Below, piece by piece: positions 1 through 14,565 of a DNA stretch of 64,000 nucleotides; position 1 is the stretch's first letter; the number at the start of each line of letters is the position of its first letter. Below the pieces are notes generated by a model. It made no database searches, had not been told where the DNA came from, and saw only the letters and a list, made by a program, of their open reading frames with translations. A program made the position numbers and the translations under genes. Source of the DNA: Octopus vulgaris (taxonomy: Eukaryota); assembly GCA_951406725.2 (NCBI GenBank), contig OX597814.1:18228001-18292000 (forward strand), written 5' to 3'.

Positions 1-42
<42 letters not shown>

Positions 43-1464
43 TACATACATACAAGTATGCATTTCTTCACTTCTCCTCCTAATTCTCCCGCCTTCACAC
101 ATCTGTTAGTCTCTATTTCACTCCGTTATTCCTCTCTTTCTCTCTATATATATTCCTCAGTCTCCTTTTGTTTATCTCTATCTCAATATCTAACTGTCTT
201 AGTGACATGTTGTCCCCCCCCCCACCGTCATATCTCTTTTTTTCTTTTAAATTTTTTTTTTTTTTTTTTGGTTTTGTTTTATAAATGTCGCAGCTTTATC
301 TCTCATACTCTGAGCTTATAATCTATAACTCTTATATATACACCTATCTATTCCATTCTGACTTGCTAGGTCTTTTTTTCTGCTTTTTTTCTTTCTTTCT
401 CCGTCTTTATATCTACGCATTTTTCTTTCTATATTGCTCCTGTCTTATTCTTTACCGAACTTTTTAAGAAGAAGCAAAAGAAAAATGAAAAATAAAAATA
501 ACTGACGCCCTTTTAATCCTCCAGTGTTTCTTCTTTCATTCTCATCTACCCTGTCTCTATCACTCTCTCCTGCAGTCTCCCACCCGTTTATCTACCTCAT
601 TCTTGTCTCTCTTTATAATACTAAATTTCCTTCACTCCTCTCCACCCTTATCTCCCTCTATGAATTTCTCTCTATGTCTCCATCACTTTTTCCCACACGC
701 TTTTCTTCCTCTCTTTCTCTCATTCTCTCTTTCTCCCTCTCTCCCTCACTTTATCTATCTCTATCTCTCATCATCTACAGTTTCTTTCCTCTTCACTATC
801 ATACAAATATTACCCTTCACTCGTTTTTAAACTTTTCTTTCGATTTCCGAAGAACTTACATTTTTATCTACAATCCATTCCTTCTTCCCTTCCATCTTTC
901 CCTTTTTGTCCCTTTCTCTCAATCTGCCTGTCTGTCTGTCTTTCGGTCTTGCCTCCTTCCTCTCTGTCATACCCTATTATACTACTTTTTTTACATTGCT
1001 TTTTTGTTTATCTTCTTCTAATCCCTACCACTCTTTATCTCTCTCTCTTCATTATTCAGATTAGTCATTATTCTGTATACGTTGTTCCTTAGACACTATC
1101 TTTTGTGAGATGATGGTGGGGCAGGAAGAAAAAGGTTGTTGGGGTGGTGTGGATAATAAGAGTCTTTGTATATGTCAGAACTCACACGTAGACAGATTTC
1201 CTTAAAGAATATACAAATAATATATATATATATACATATACATACATACATACATATATATATGTATGTATATGTATGTATGTATGTATGTTTGTATAAA
1301 TATGTGTATATATATGTATATATATACAAGCATTATTTACGTACATATATATGTGTGTATACATTTATGTATATATATACATATGTATATATATATATAC
1401 ATACATAAAAGTATATTCATAGACATATATATATATATATCTTTATATTTTTATATATATATGA

Positions 1465-1572
<108 letters not shown>

Positions 1573-1932
1573 TTATATATATATGTATATATATAAACAT
1601 ATATGGAATCATGAAAAACCAAAAGAAAACAACACACAAAAAAAACGAAAACAATAAAGAAATAACAGCGATAGACAGTAACAAAATTTAACTCAAAAAA
1701 ATACAGGAAGAAAACTAAAGGAAAATGTGGTGAACGAAAAAAAAAATGACACTCGTCCGTTTATCGCTTTTTTAATCTCAGATATGTTCGAATTTCGGGC
1801 AAAGGAAGCAAGGCAAATTCTAGCAGGTTCTTACAGGAATTTCACCCGTCAGTAAGATAAATTCTTCTGCAGTGTTACGAATTTTTAACACCCCACCACT
1901 AATGTATACACACATGCACACACATCTTCAAC

Positions 1933-1988
<56 letters not shown>

Positions 1989-2252
1989 TTTATGTCTGTA
2001 TATATATATAACTGCTTACATACACATATATTTGTTTGTGAATATATATCTATATATATATATATATATTTGTATATATATATATATTTATATACGTATA
2101 TTTGTGTGTAAATATATATACTTAGGAAAATTTCCAGAAGCGAGTATATTTACCTCCAAGAATTCTCTTTCTATCTGTCTTTCTCTCCGCCCTCTCTGTC
2201 CTTTGCCTCTCTCTCTTTCTCGCCCAACCTCTCTCTGTCTATCTATTTTCTC

Positions 2253-2371
2253 TCTTCTTCTTCTTCTTCTTCTTCTTCTTCTTCTTCTTCTTCTTCTTCT
2301 TCTTCTTCTTCTTCTTCTTCTTCTTCTTCTTCTTCTTCTTCTTCTTCTTCTTCTTCTTCTTCTTCTTCTTC
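2253..2371. repeat. (CTT)n microsatellite
   Basis: Uninterrupted ctt triplets; source of the poly-Leu ORF artefact. Confidence 0.97.
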
Positions 2372-2560
2372 ATTTCTGACTATATGTGATAAACACTAAT
2401 TTACATCTACACACAACCATACAGGCGCTTATATATATACTTCTATAATTATTCTATGTATATATATATGTATATATATATATATTATGTATGTATGTGT
2501 TTATGCATTTCTATATATGTATATGTATATATATATGTATATATATATATATACATATAT

Positions 2561-2629
<69 letters not shown>

Positions 2630-2650
2630 CATATATATATATATATATAT

Positions 2651-2997
2651 GCCAAGGATTCCAACATCACCATCAAAATACAGGTCCAGATACTGCAACA
2701 GCTTGGGTTTCAGAGGACCACAGCTCTTTAACATCCTCCCGAAATGCCTGAGAGACTTACATGGTGTGGATGTGGGTTTCTTTAAAACTAAACTGGATCT
2801 CTTCTTGTCGGGAGTCCCAGATGAACCTACCTCACGACAGGAGACACGGATGCGGGCAGCAGCATCGAACTTCCTTGTTGATCAAGTGCCACGTATCAGA
2901 GGTGGATTCACAAACTAGTGTAGCTCATTCAACGGTGGTGCCCCAGCATGGCCGCGGCCTTCGGGCTAAAATATTTTTAAGGATTTAAGGATTTTAA

Positions 2998-3000
<3 letters not shown>
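2651..3000 (+). mobile_element. 5'-truncated 3' end of a CR1-group LINE (ORF2 C-terminus, 3'UTR, short repeat tail)
   Basis: Translates [47 protein letters not shown], typical of the CR1/L2 ORF2 C-terminus. Followed by ggtggtgccccagcatggccgcggccttcgggct and a (tt)taagga repeat tail, embedded in (TA)n. Confidence 0.8.
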
Positions 3001-3032
<32 letters not shown>

Positions 3033-3334
3033 TGTGTGTGTCTGTATATATGTGTGTATGTATGTATGTAAATATATATACATATATATATATATACATA
3101 CATAGATACATATATATATACATTAAGTAAAGCACATTAAATAATATACAACATATATTTTGGATTTATTGAAACCTACTAACCTTTTAGGGAATTTATC
3201 ATATTTACCGAATAGTAAGCGAGGAAAACTTATGTGTAAAAGTAAATATCTCGAAACTAAAAGATTTCTCCAGAACTAACAAACCACTAACAGAAAAGAT
3301 GCCCTTATTTTTTTAAAGAAAAAAGCAGGTCAGT

Positions 3335-3375
3335 CTTGAACATATGTTTCTGCCTCAATTGGCGTCATCAGCACG
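3335..3375 (-). ncRNA. Minimal type I hammerhead ribozyme motif (Penelope pLTR type)
   Basis: Minus strand reads cgtg-CTGATGA-c-GCC-aattga-GGC-a-GAAA-CATATG-TT-caag: intact core, palindromic stem III, helix I with 3 of 4 pairs. Confidence 0.6.
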
Positions 3376-3415
3376 GCATTCATTCTGACTAAATCTCCAC
3401 CATTCAAAGAATATA

Positions 3416-3652
3416 GAGAAAGTGACAAGGCCGGCCCTTTTTTGAAATACAGGTACAACAGAAACAGGAAGTAAGAGTGAGAGAAAGTTGTGGTGAAAGA
3501 GTACAGCAGGGATCACCACCATCCCCTGCCGGAGCCTCGTGGAGCTTTAGGTGTTTTCGCTCAATAAACACTCACAACGCCCGGTCTGGGAATCGAAACC
3601 GCGATCCTATGACCACGATTCCGCTGCCCTAACCACTGGGCCATTGCGCCTC
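3416..3652 (-). mobile_element. SINE family A (tRNA-derived), 3' part missing
   Basis: Reverse complement of the head gaggcgcaatggcccagtggttagggcagcgg...ggtttcgattcccagacc (A and B boxes); near-identical to the other family A copies. Confidence 0.9.
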
Positions 3653-3919
3653 TGCTGGCGAGTGGTATTACCTATATAAATATTTATTCTCTCAGTATTC
3701 AACACGTTCACACATTCATACATTTCACGTGCGATCCGGGAAGTTTACTACAGTGGCATATTCAGAAACATTGATGTGCGAAGACTGAGGTGTTGCTGGC
3801 CTTGTTCTACAATTAGAAACAGTTCCTGGATTTCTATTAAGATGTATTATAATGGGTATTATGGTAGACTAGGGATTGGGGAAATTTTCTAACTATATTT
3901 ATAAGATATTTAGAGGCAG

Positions 3920-4006
<87 letters not shown>

Positions 4007-4021
4007 CTATCTATCTATCTA

Positions 4022-4056
<35 letters not shown>

Positions 4057-4263
4057 ATGTTATTTACTTCTATATTTCCTTATATTCATATATTTATATG
4101 CACGTAAGTGCGTGTGTGATTGTGGTCGCGCTCATATATGTGTATATCACTTTTTAATGTATGGAGGTGAAATTTGTGAAAATCTTTGAGAAATTCGAAA
4201 AAAAAAAAACCATCTGTTTTCGAATACGAATACCCTGTGTAATTTTTTGCAGAAACTATTTCT

Positions 4264-4684
4264 AAAGGTGGCGAGCTGACAGACACGTTAGCACGCCGGG
4301 CGATATGCTTAGCAGTATTTCGTCTGCCGCTACGTTCTGAGTTCAAATTCCGCCGAGGTCGACTTTGCCTTTCATCCTTTCGGGGTGGTCGATAAATTAA
4401 GTACCAGTTACACACTAGAGTCGATGTAATCGACTTAATCCGTTTGTCTGTCCTTGTTTGTCCTCTCTGTGTTTGGGCCCTTGTGAGTAGTAAAGAAATA
4501 GGTATTTCGTCTGCCGTTACGTTGTGAGTTCAAATTCCGTCGAGGTCGACTTTGCATATCATCCTTTCGGGGTCGATTAAATAAGTACCCGTTACGTACT
4601 TAGGTCGATATAATCAACTTAATCCGTTTGTCTGTCCTTGTTTGTCCCTTCTGTGTGTAACCCCTTGTGGGCAGTAAAGAAATA
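4264..4684 (+). mobile_element. SINE family C, dimeric copy with 13-bp TSD
   Basis: Head ggtggcgagctgacagacacgttagcacgccggg, then a second unit starting ggtatttcgtctgcc at 4501. TSD agaaactatttct at 4251-4263 and 4685-4697. Confidence 0.9.
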
Positions 4685-4897
4685 AGAAACTATTTCTTGT
4701 CACTCTCGCAACTGGAAATAGAGGATAACGGTAATTTACACATTGAAATCTTAAAACCAATAACACAAAACACAATATAAAATAAAATAAAATATAAAAT
4801 TTAAAGAAAAACTGGTAGACTTTCCTGTTTTAAATCACGTTATTGAGCAACTCTCAGAAATCCTTTATACATCCCACTCCTGACAATAATTTGTATA

Positions 4898-5144
4898 GGT
4901 GCGGGAGTGGCTGTGTGGTAAGAAGTTTGTTTAATCGAATTAACCCCTTTGTCTGTCCTTGTTTGTCCCCTCTATGTTTAGCCCCTTGTAGGCAATAAAG
5001 AAATAAGAAGCTTGCTTCTCAACCACATGGTTCCAGGTTCAGTTCCACTGCGTGGCACCATATGCAAGTGTCTTCTACTATAGCCTTGGACCGACCAAAG
5101 CCTTGTTCTTGGATTTGGTACACAGAAACTGAAAAAATCCCGTC

Positions 5145-5192
<48 letters not shown>

Positions 5193-5421
5193 GTGTGCTT
5201 GTACTACTTCCATCACTTGACAACCGATGTTGGTGTGTTTCTGTCCCCGTAACTTAGCGGTTCGGAAAAAGAGACGAAGGGTATAAGTACTAGGTTTATG
5301 AAGAATAAGTCCGTCCTGGGGTCGATTTGCCGATTTGTTCGACTTTAGGTAATGCTGTAGCATGGCTGCAGTCAAATGACTGAAACACGGAAAAGAGTAA
5401 AAGAGTAAAAGAGTAAAAAGA
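4898..5421 (+). mobile_element. SINE family B (tRNA head, internal (TA)n/(TG)n, CR1-like tail) interrupted by a 5'-truncated SINE C at about 4933-5003
   Basis: gcgggagtggctgtgtggtaag...ggttcagttccactgcg...(ta)n...gcatggctgcagtcaaatgactgaaac(aaaagagt)n. The nested insert is flanked by taagaagtttgttt / taagaagcttgctt. Confidence 0.88.
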
Positions 5422-6450
5422 GATAAAAGTTCATACAAAGATTTACGTGGAGAAGAACCAATTACAGGTGTTATTCGTAATTACTTCACTATTTTGACAT
5501 CAAAGAACAGCCTCGACCGTACAGAGCGCCATGACCTGCGGATGTTTGTACTGCTTCCTACCGTAACAACTATTCACCTTTGACACGTTTTGTTTTTTAT
5601 CCTCCTGTTCTCCCTAGAAGTATCGGTGGCTCAGTATATATCTCTTCTACACCTTGACTTAGTAACACGAACTGTGTTACAGGAAATTCTTCACATATAA
5701 ATCTACCAGTCTTTTTTACTGAAGTGGTGGGGATGTTGAGCAATATAATTCCTATATTAGAGTAATTAATATTATTATTTGGAAGTTACAAACGAATATC
5801 TTTTGAAGCAACATGTCATCGTGGTCGACGTCTGAGTTTCCTTTCATTACACCAATCATAAAGGCTGACGTTGAAATATGTTCGTGCAAGCAATGCTTTA
5901 AGAAACCTAATCACACGATGATTGAAAGACTAGCGTATGTTGAAGATAAAAATAAGTCGAAAAACATTACAGGTGACCTTTAAAGACAGATCATAGCAAG
6001 CTTCTTAATTTGACAGTTATATTCTTTCGGAAGGGATATGGATTCTTTTGTTTTTATATATTTTTTTTTTGCCTTTGTGTTTACACTAGTGGTAGTAGTG
6101 GTGATAGGGCTAGTAATGGCAGCGGTTTAGATAATGGTGTAGTTGACATTGTTACGACTCTTCTGCTGCAGTAACTGAAGTTTGGTGATATCATACTAAG
6201 AATATGAATATAATTGTCATTATGGACAAACAAAATATTGTTTCACATTTTTCTTGTTTTTGCTTTATTTTTGCATCAGGAAATGTGAATACAATCTACT
6301 TGATAGTTACAGAGAAATATAGGGAGGACTTCACATACATACAAGCATTCACATACACATGCATACTTACATACATGTACATACGTACGTACATGTATGT
6401 ATGTATGTATGTATGTATGTATGTATGTATGTATGTATGTATGTATGTAT

Positions 6451-6834
6451 GGAGGCGCAATGGCCCAGTGGTTAGGGCAGCGGACTCGCGGTCATAGGAT
6501 CACGGTTTCGATTCCTAGACCGGGCGTTGTGAGTGTTTATTGAGCGAAAACACCTAAAAGCTCTACGAGGCTCCGGCAGGGGATGGTGGTGATCCCTGCT
6601 GTACCCTTTCACCACAACTTTCTCTCACTCTTACTTCCTGTTTCTGTTGTACCTGTATTTCAAAGGGTCGGCCTTGTCACTCTCTGTGTCACGCTGAATA
6701 TCCCCGAGAACTACGTTAAGGGTGCACGTGTCTGTGGAGTGCTTAGCCACTTACACGTTAATTTCACGAGCAGGCTGTTCCGTTGATTTGGATCAACCGG
6801 AACCCTCATCGTCGTAACCGACTGAGTGCTTCCA
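6451..6834 (+). mobile_element. SINE family A, full length
   Basis: tRNA-like head with A box (tggcccagtggttag) and B box (ggtttcgattcc); ends cgtaaccgactgagtgcttcca; near-identical to copies at 7425, 15947, 26877 and 44528. Confidence 0.93.
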
Positions 6835-7097
6835 TCATGTATGTATGCATGTATGTATATGTGTATATGCACATAGATACTTAAACATAATGGTATGTAT
6901 TCGCATTTTCTCCCCATCTAGCAAACATTTTTTCATCTGTGTCAATTCATTTATCTTCAAATATGTCTGTATCTATTCAAAAACACAACCAAGTTAAGCA
7001 CAGGCTTTTTCATCAACATAAATTTATGTAAATATGCATGTTTGTGTGTGGGTGTGCGGGTGGGTGAGTGGGTGTGTGTGTGGACGTGTGCGCGCTC

Positions 7098-7152
<55 letters not shown>

Positions 7153-7424
7153 TGTTTGCTTTCGCTTCCAATACGTCTTCTTAATGGAGTCCGAGTTGGT
7201 CTCTGACTAAGTGGCAAATGTTTTGAGTTAAGAGCCTGCGAATGTGTGACTAACTTACAATGTACATATATGCAGATGTATTCACCTGGGCTTATGTTCT
7301 GCGTGAACATGTTTCTTTAGGACTGAATTGTTGGCACATATGTATGTGCGTGCATCATTACTTTTTACGTATGCATGTATGTACGTTTAAAAGTACGTAT
7401 GTATGTATATGTATGTGTGTGTTT

Positions 7425-7807
7425 GGAGGCGCAATGGCCCAGTGGTTAGGGCAGCGGACTCGCGGTCATAGGATCGCGGTTTCGATTCCCAGACCGGGCG
7501 TTGTGAGTGTTTATTGAGCGAAAACACCTAAAGCTCCACGAGGCTCCGGCAGGGCATGGTGGTGATCCCTGCTGTACTCTTTCACCACAACTTTCTCTCA
7601 CTCTTACTTCCTGTTTCTGTTGTACCTGTATTTCAAAGTGCCGGCCTTGTCATTCTCTGTGTCACGCTGAATATCCCCGAGAACTACGTTAAGGGTACAC
7701 GTGTCTGTGGAATGCTCAGCCACTTACACGTTAATTTCACGAGCAGGCTGTTCCGTTGATTCGGATCAACCGGAACCCTCGTCGTCGTAACCGACGGAGT
7801 GCTTCCA
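7425..7807 (+). mobile_element. SINE family A, full length
   Basis: Same ~385-bp sequence as 6451-6834. Confidence 0.93.
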
Positions 7808-8500
7808 CGTGTGTGTTTATCTGTGCATATGTGTATGGTGCAGTGCCTTCTCAAAGACGCCAGTAATACTCCAATGTGGTTCATATATGAGCTATACAGA
7901 ATATCAACAGTTCGACAACACATCAAAGAAGAGTTATCTTCAAGACATGATGAGAAATGAAGTAAATTGTTTTGTATATTTTGTAAGTATTCAGGAAATC
8001 AAATATTAGGCTGACGGATTTCAATACCATATTAAAGCCGCCTCTTAAGAGCGTGTTATTTCAAATGGCGTTAATATCATATCGTTATGTTTGTTAATTT
8101 CTGTCTAAAGTAACAGAAATCAACAAACATCATGTGACCGACCGCTACACTTTTACCTGTCACGTGGGTTATTCCCAATCAGTAGAACCTGATAAAATAT
8201 AGTGCTTGGTTACTGCACAAATGATTGACGAATATTTCCATTGCATAATGAGATATCTGTATTCTTAGAGAACTTCGTTGCGTCGAAACAATTGTAGCGA
8301 ATAATAAATAAATGGTCAAACGTACTCCTTCTTCATGACTCCAATTTATTCAGTTTTACATTCGCACACCACGAATGCCCAAACTTAAACCTGGAAGTAT
8401 ATAATAAGGCTACCGATAGTAATGGACAATTCTGAAGGTGGAAGAGCTTTGTACTGTGCTTTAACACATACCTAACGGAATATAACTATATATTTGTATG

Positions 8501-8547
<47 letters not shown>

Positions 8548-8639
8548 TATATGTATATATATACTCATATAAAAATGCATACTTATATACACATACAAAA
8601 TTATATACATGTATATATACGTAAAATAATGGTAATAGA

Positions 8640-8692
<53 letters not shown>

Positions 8693-8718
8693 TAATAATA
8701 ATAATAATGATGATGATG

Positions 8719-8766
<48 letters not shown>

Positions 8767-8846
8767 GTAATAATAATCATAATAATAATAATAATAATAA
8801 TGATAATAATAATAATAATAATATAATAATAATAATAATGATGATG

Positions 8847-8879
<33 letters not shown>

Positions 8880-8962
8880 GTAATAATAATCATAATAATA
8901 ATAATAATAATAATGATAATAATAATAATAATAATAATATAATAATAATAATGATGATGATG

Positions 8963-9035
<73 letters not shown>

Positions 9036-9162
9036 TGATGATAATAATAATAATAATAATCATAATAATAATAATAATAATAGTAATAATAATCATAATA
9101 ATAATAATAATAATAATGATAATAATAATAATAATAATATAATAATAATAATGATGATGATG

Positions 9163-9198
<36 letters not shown>

Positions 9199-9278
9199 GT
9201 AATAATAATCATAATAATAATAATAATAATAATGATAATAATAATAATAATAATATAATAATAATAATGATGATGATG

Positions 9279-9345
<67 letters not shown>

Positions 9346-9422
9346 TGATAATAATAATAATAATAATAATCATAATAATAATAATAATAATAGTAATAAT
9401 AATCATAATAATAATAATAATA
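8640..9422. repeat. Long (AAT)n array with higher-order pattern of variant triplets
   Basis: aat repeats with a recurring ordered set of gat, agt, cat variants and an atat phase slip. Confidence 0.95.
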
Positions 9423-9980
9423 AATGCCCTGATGCAGTACCAGGCAGTGGCTCTCATGGCTTCTGATCTTAACTGATTGGAAGTGTTTATCATGTACATC
9501 GTTTTGTCTTGGTATAAAAGATGGGCTACAGCAAATATTCTGCTCAATACCACAGATTTGCTTGTCAGTTGTTTGACTTTAACCAGTTGAGCATGTCCCT
9601 TAGTGGCTGACGATATGTGCATCTCTGATCACGAGCAGAAGTAGTGGGGGAGCATCATAGCCATGTGTTGAGAGGGATTCTTTGGGGTTTGAATAATTCA
9701 CCTCTGGAAACATTGGTGTTTCGTTCAACATCCTTAAACAACCCTTACTCAGGGACCTTTCGAGTGGGATGGGTTACTCGACCTGAAGAAAATTCTAACT
9801 GGGCCCCACCTGCAAGGTAATGTGCTGTTTATTTTGATATGAGATCACCATGTCGCGCACATATGGTTGTGATGCATGTGCCTAGTGTATCCTTATCAGA
9901 CGGGTAATCATGATGGGTATACTGGGCTTCGTATATTTTACCCCAGTGTCACTTTGATGGCATGCACTACTATCTCACTC
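9423..9980 (+). mobile_element. ~560-bp non-coding element inserted in (AAT)n (family E), copy 1
   Basis: Starts aatgccctgatgcagtaccaggcagtggc, ends ctctcactc, (AAT)n on both sides; homologous to 10107-10624 and 18466-19019. Strand is arbitrary. Confidence 0.85.
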
Positions 9981-9999
9981 AATAATAATAATAATAATA

Positions 10000-10092
<93 letters not shown>

Positions 10093-10106
10093 GTAATAAT
10101 AATAAT

Positions 10107-10624
10107 AATGCCCTGGCGCAGTACCAGGCAGTGGCGTTCATGGCTTCTCATCTTTACATTGTTTTGCCTTGGTACGAAAGATGGGCAACAGCAAATATTG
10201 TGCTCAATACCACAGATTTGCTTGTCAGTTGTTTGACCACAACCAGTTGAGCATGTCCCTTAGTGGCTGACGATATGTGCATCTCTGATCACGAGCAGAA
10301 GTAGTGGGGGAGCATCATAGCTGTGTGTTGAGAGGAATTCTTTGAGATTTGGATAATTCACCCCTGGAGCCATGGGTGTTTCGTTCAACACCCTTAAACA
10401 TCCCTTCAGGGACCTTTTGAGCGGGGTGAGCTACTCGACTAGAAGACAATGTTAACTGGGCCACATCTCTAACATCATGCGCTGTTAATCACCATGCCGC
10501 ACACATATGGTTGTAATGCATGTGCCTGGTGTACCCCTTTCAGACGGTTAGTAATGATGTGTATACTAGGTTTGGCATATTCTAACCCAGTATCAATTTT
10601 ATGGGGTGAACTGCCCTCTCACTG
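10107..10624 (+). mobile_element. Family E element, copy 2 (more diverged)
   Basis: aatgccctggcgcagtaccaggcagtggc...ccctctcactg followed by aataataat; small internal deletions relative to copy 1. Confidence 0.82.
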
Positions 10625-10770
10625 AATAATAATAAAAACTAATATGTTGCGTTCGAACATATTTTACTCTTAGGATTAAAATTCCCAGTAAAGTCCGTTC
10701 AAACGGAAGAGCTATATTGTAGTGGCTATGAGTATATATACATATATATTTATATATATACATACATATA

Positions 10771-10810
<40 letters not shown>

Positions 10811-10943
10811 TATATAAATATATATATATACATATATATATACATAAATATGTATATATATACATATATATGCATATATATATATACGTACATATCCATA
10901 TTCATACATACATATATATATTTTTATATATATATATATACCC

Positions 10944-10974
<31 letters not shown>

Positions 10975-11017
10975 TATATGTCTGTATATATATATATATC
11001 TATCTATATATATATAA

Positions 11018-11070
<53 letters not shown>

Positions 11071-11720
11071 AATGTCTCATGGCTGGCCGCCGACACATCT
11101 CTCTGCAATATATGGGTAGCTTATCCTGTTCATGCTATATTATTAGCATCATCCTGCGCTTGAGAATAAAATTATTTCCTTAAATGTATGTATATGTGTG
11201 TGTCTGTCTGTGTGTGTATGTTTGAATGTATAGGCTCAACGTACGGTTTTTACGAAGCATGACGAATAGTGCGCTTATATCTGATTCACTGCGAATGTAT
11301 AATAATAACAATAATAAAATCAACAACAAGGCGTAATGAAACAGAAACCTTAATCTGTCTTTCTTGGATAAGTAAAAGAAATTGGTGAGATATTTTCTGC
11401 CGCATTCCTTTAATGCCGTCTACGACAATCTAGTTAGCAGCAATTCTGACAAAGCATAAACACCCTGAAAAAAGAACGTATCGGCATAAACGTAAAATCA
11501 GTAAAAAAAAAATAATAATAATAATAAGTAAGTGAAAATATATAGAAAGAAAATGTTAAAAAAAAAAAAAATAACGTAAATAACGTAAATAACGGAAACT
11601 ATTGCCTGTGTAATAGTGACGACAGAAAATACAATAACAGGATAAACAACACAATGGGCAAAAAATGGTTTCGAATAAACCAAGACACACACATGAATAT
11701 ATATTTATAAGCGTACGTAC

Positions 11721-11769
<49 letters not shown>

Positions 11770-11819
11770 TACATGTATATATATATATACACACACATAT
11801 ATATATATATATTTGCATG

Positions 11820-11856
<37 letters not shown>

Positions 11857-12021
11857 GGGTGTGTGTTTGCGCATGTGCGTGTGTGTGTGTGTGTATTTTT
11901 TGTGTGTGTTTTGTGTGTGTGTAGATAACAATGAGAAGGTAACAACTGAAAAACCTTGAGATAAGCAAACACAAAGAAACTGAGTAGCTAGAAAAAAAAA
12001 AGTATCATCGCCATTATCACA

Positions 12022-12529
<508 letters not shown>

Positions 12530-12694
12530 ATATTTTAATTCCATTATTGAAAATAATAGTAATAACACTGAAGAAAAATAATAACTGTTACATAAGTAAA
12601 CACGTAGAGAAATAAATATATTCCCACGTATATACTTACGTATACGTGTACATGTATACCTTACATCATTTTATACACACACACACACACACAC

Positions 12695-12726
<32 letters not shown>

Positions 12727-13024
12727 TTACAGATATGTGTACCTATATATCTATACATGTATGTATGTTTGTATGTGTTATGTATGTATGTATGTATGTA
12801 TGTATGTATGTATATAAGCATAGCACTGTATGAGACACATAATGTGATGTAAAACATTGTAAATAATGACAACATCAATGGCTGCAACAATGGAAACATC
12901 AAATAGACTTAAAAACTGCAACAAGAAAAAGAACAATGGTAATAAAGATTGATGACGATTTTAGACAACACCAACAATAGCACGTTCTATGGCAGCTTTA
13001 ATACACTCGATTCAGAATACGGAG

Positions 13025-13087
<63 letters not shown>

Positions 13088-13228
13088 TGTTGCGTGCACT
13101 TGTACAAACTCCGAGTGTATTTGGATGCATGAATGTGTACTCGTCTTTCTATGTAAATATGTACACACATGCATACACGCATACATATATTCATATATAT
13201 ATATATGGATGCATATATACACGCACAG

Positions 13229-13266
<38 letters not shown>

Positions 13267-13311
13267 TTATATATATTTACATATATATATGTACATATAT
13301 GTATATGTACA

Positions 13312-13359
<48 letters not shown>

Positions 13360-13454
13360 CATACATAAATACATACATACATACATACATACAAAGATAG
13401 AGAGTGAGAGAAGCAGACAGACTGGCAGATAGATAAATACATATATATATATAT

Positions 13455-13500
<46 letters not shown>

Positions 13501-13525
13501 GTATATATATATATATATATATAAG

Positions 13526-13607
<82 letters not shown>

Positions 13608-14565
13608 TATGTGCGTGTATAAGTATGTATGTATATATGTATAGATATATATATGTGTGTGTATATGTATATATATATATATATATATATACACACAAAA
13701 AAAAACACACGCATACATATATACATGTATAGTTGTAGTTTGTTTTTAACTGTGTTGGCCCAATGCCGAAGCCAGAAATATCTGTAAGACATGCAATACG
13801 TTCATCACCACACGCACCCCACGCACATACACAAACACAAACATAATACAAACATGCATCCATGCACACATGCACGCATTGTTTTGGTTTATTTCCTTGT
13901 ATACATCCATCAAAATTCTCAGTACACCCTGCCGTCAGAAGTGTACAGCGTGCGAAATTATGTTCGCCACATGTAAGATAAACAAGATTACATAACTGAA
14001 TTCTTTGTTCTATAAGTATTGAACGATAGCTCGTTTCGGTTATGTATTTATTTACCATACACATGTTTACACGGCTTGTGAGAATCATGATTGTCTAACT
14101 GCCAGTCAAAGATTTGCAGGATTCAGATATACGGTGAAAGAACACCAGAGGGATAAAATTGTGGGACGAAAAGGGAAGGTGTGGGATTAGGGTGGACCTC
14201 TGGGGACACATAGAAGATTTAATGATAATTAAACAGAGGTAGAGAGAAAAATGAGTTTGAAATGCCTTACAGGATGCAGCACGAGCGGGTCCCACTATAT
14301 TTGTTGTAAAGCAAGCGAGAAGTGATAGTGTGTGGACTAGAGGGTGGAATGTGTTGGTGAACGATTTTATTCCAAACAGTAAAAAATAATTTTTTTTTTA
14401 TATTCGCGGAGCATATTTATGCGTGTCACGTATTGCGACGTCCCAGATATAGAATCTGTGCCCAGTTGAGAAATTTACTAAATTTAATTCTTTTGTATTG
14501 CAACAACATTCTCAGGCCAGAATTTTTAATCTTTGTTACGGTGGTGATTTGAATACACTGGGAAA

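Noticed and set aside
6451-6525. tRNA genes at SINE heads
   Set aside because: A and B boxes run directly into SINE bodies, with no closed acceptor stem or Pol III terminator.
6583-6786. Recurrent ORF MVVIPAVLFHHNF...SRLFR (also 7556, 15995, 26959, 44576) as a peptide gene family
   Set aside because: Lies within SINE A copies; recurrence reflects repeat identity, and indels shift the upstream frame between copies.
8262-8300. Hammerhead at cttagaga...GAAACAATTGTA
   Set aside because: Palindromic stem III is present but the CUGANGA core and helix I are not; kept only as a weak remnant.
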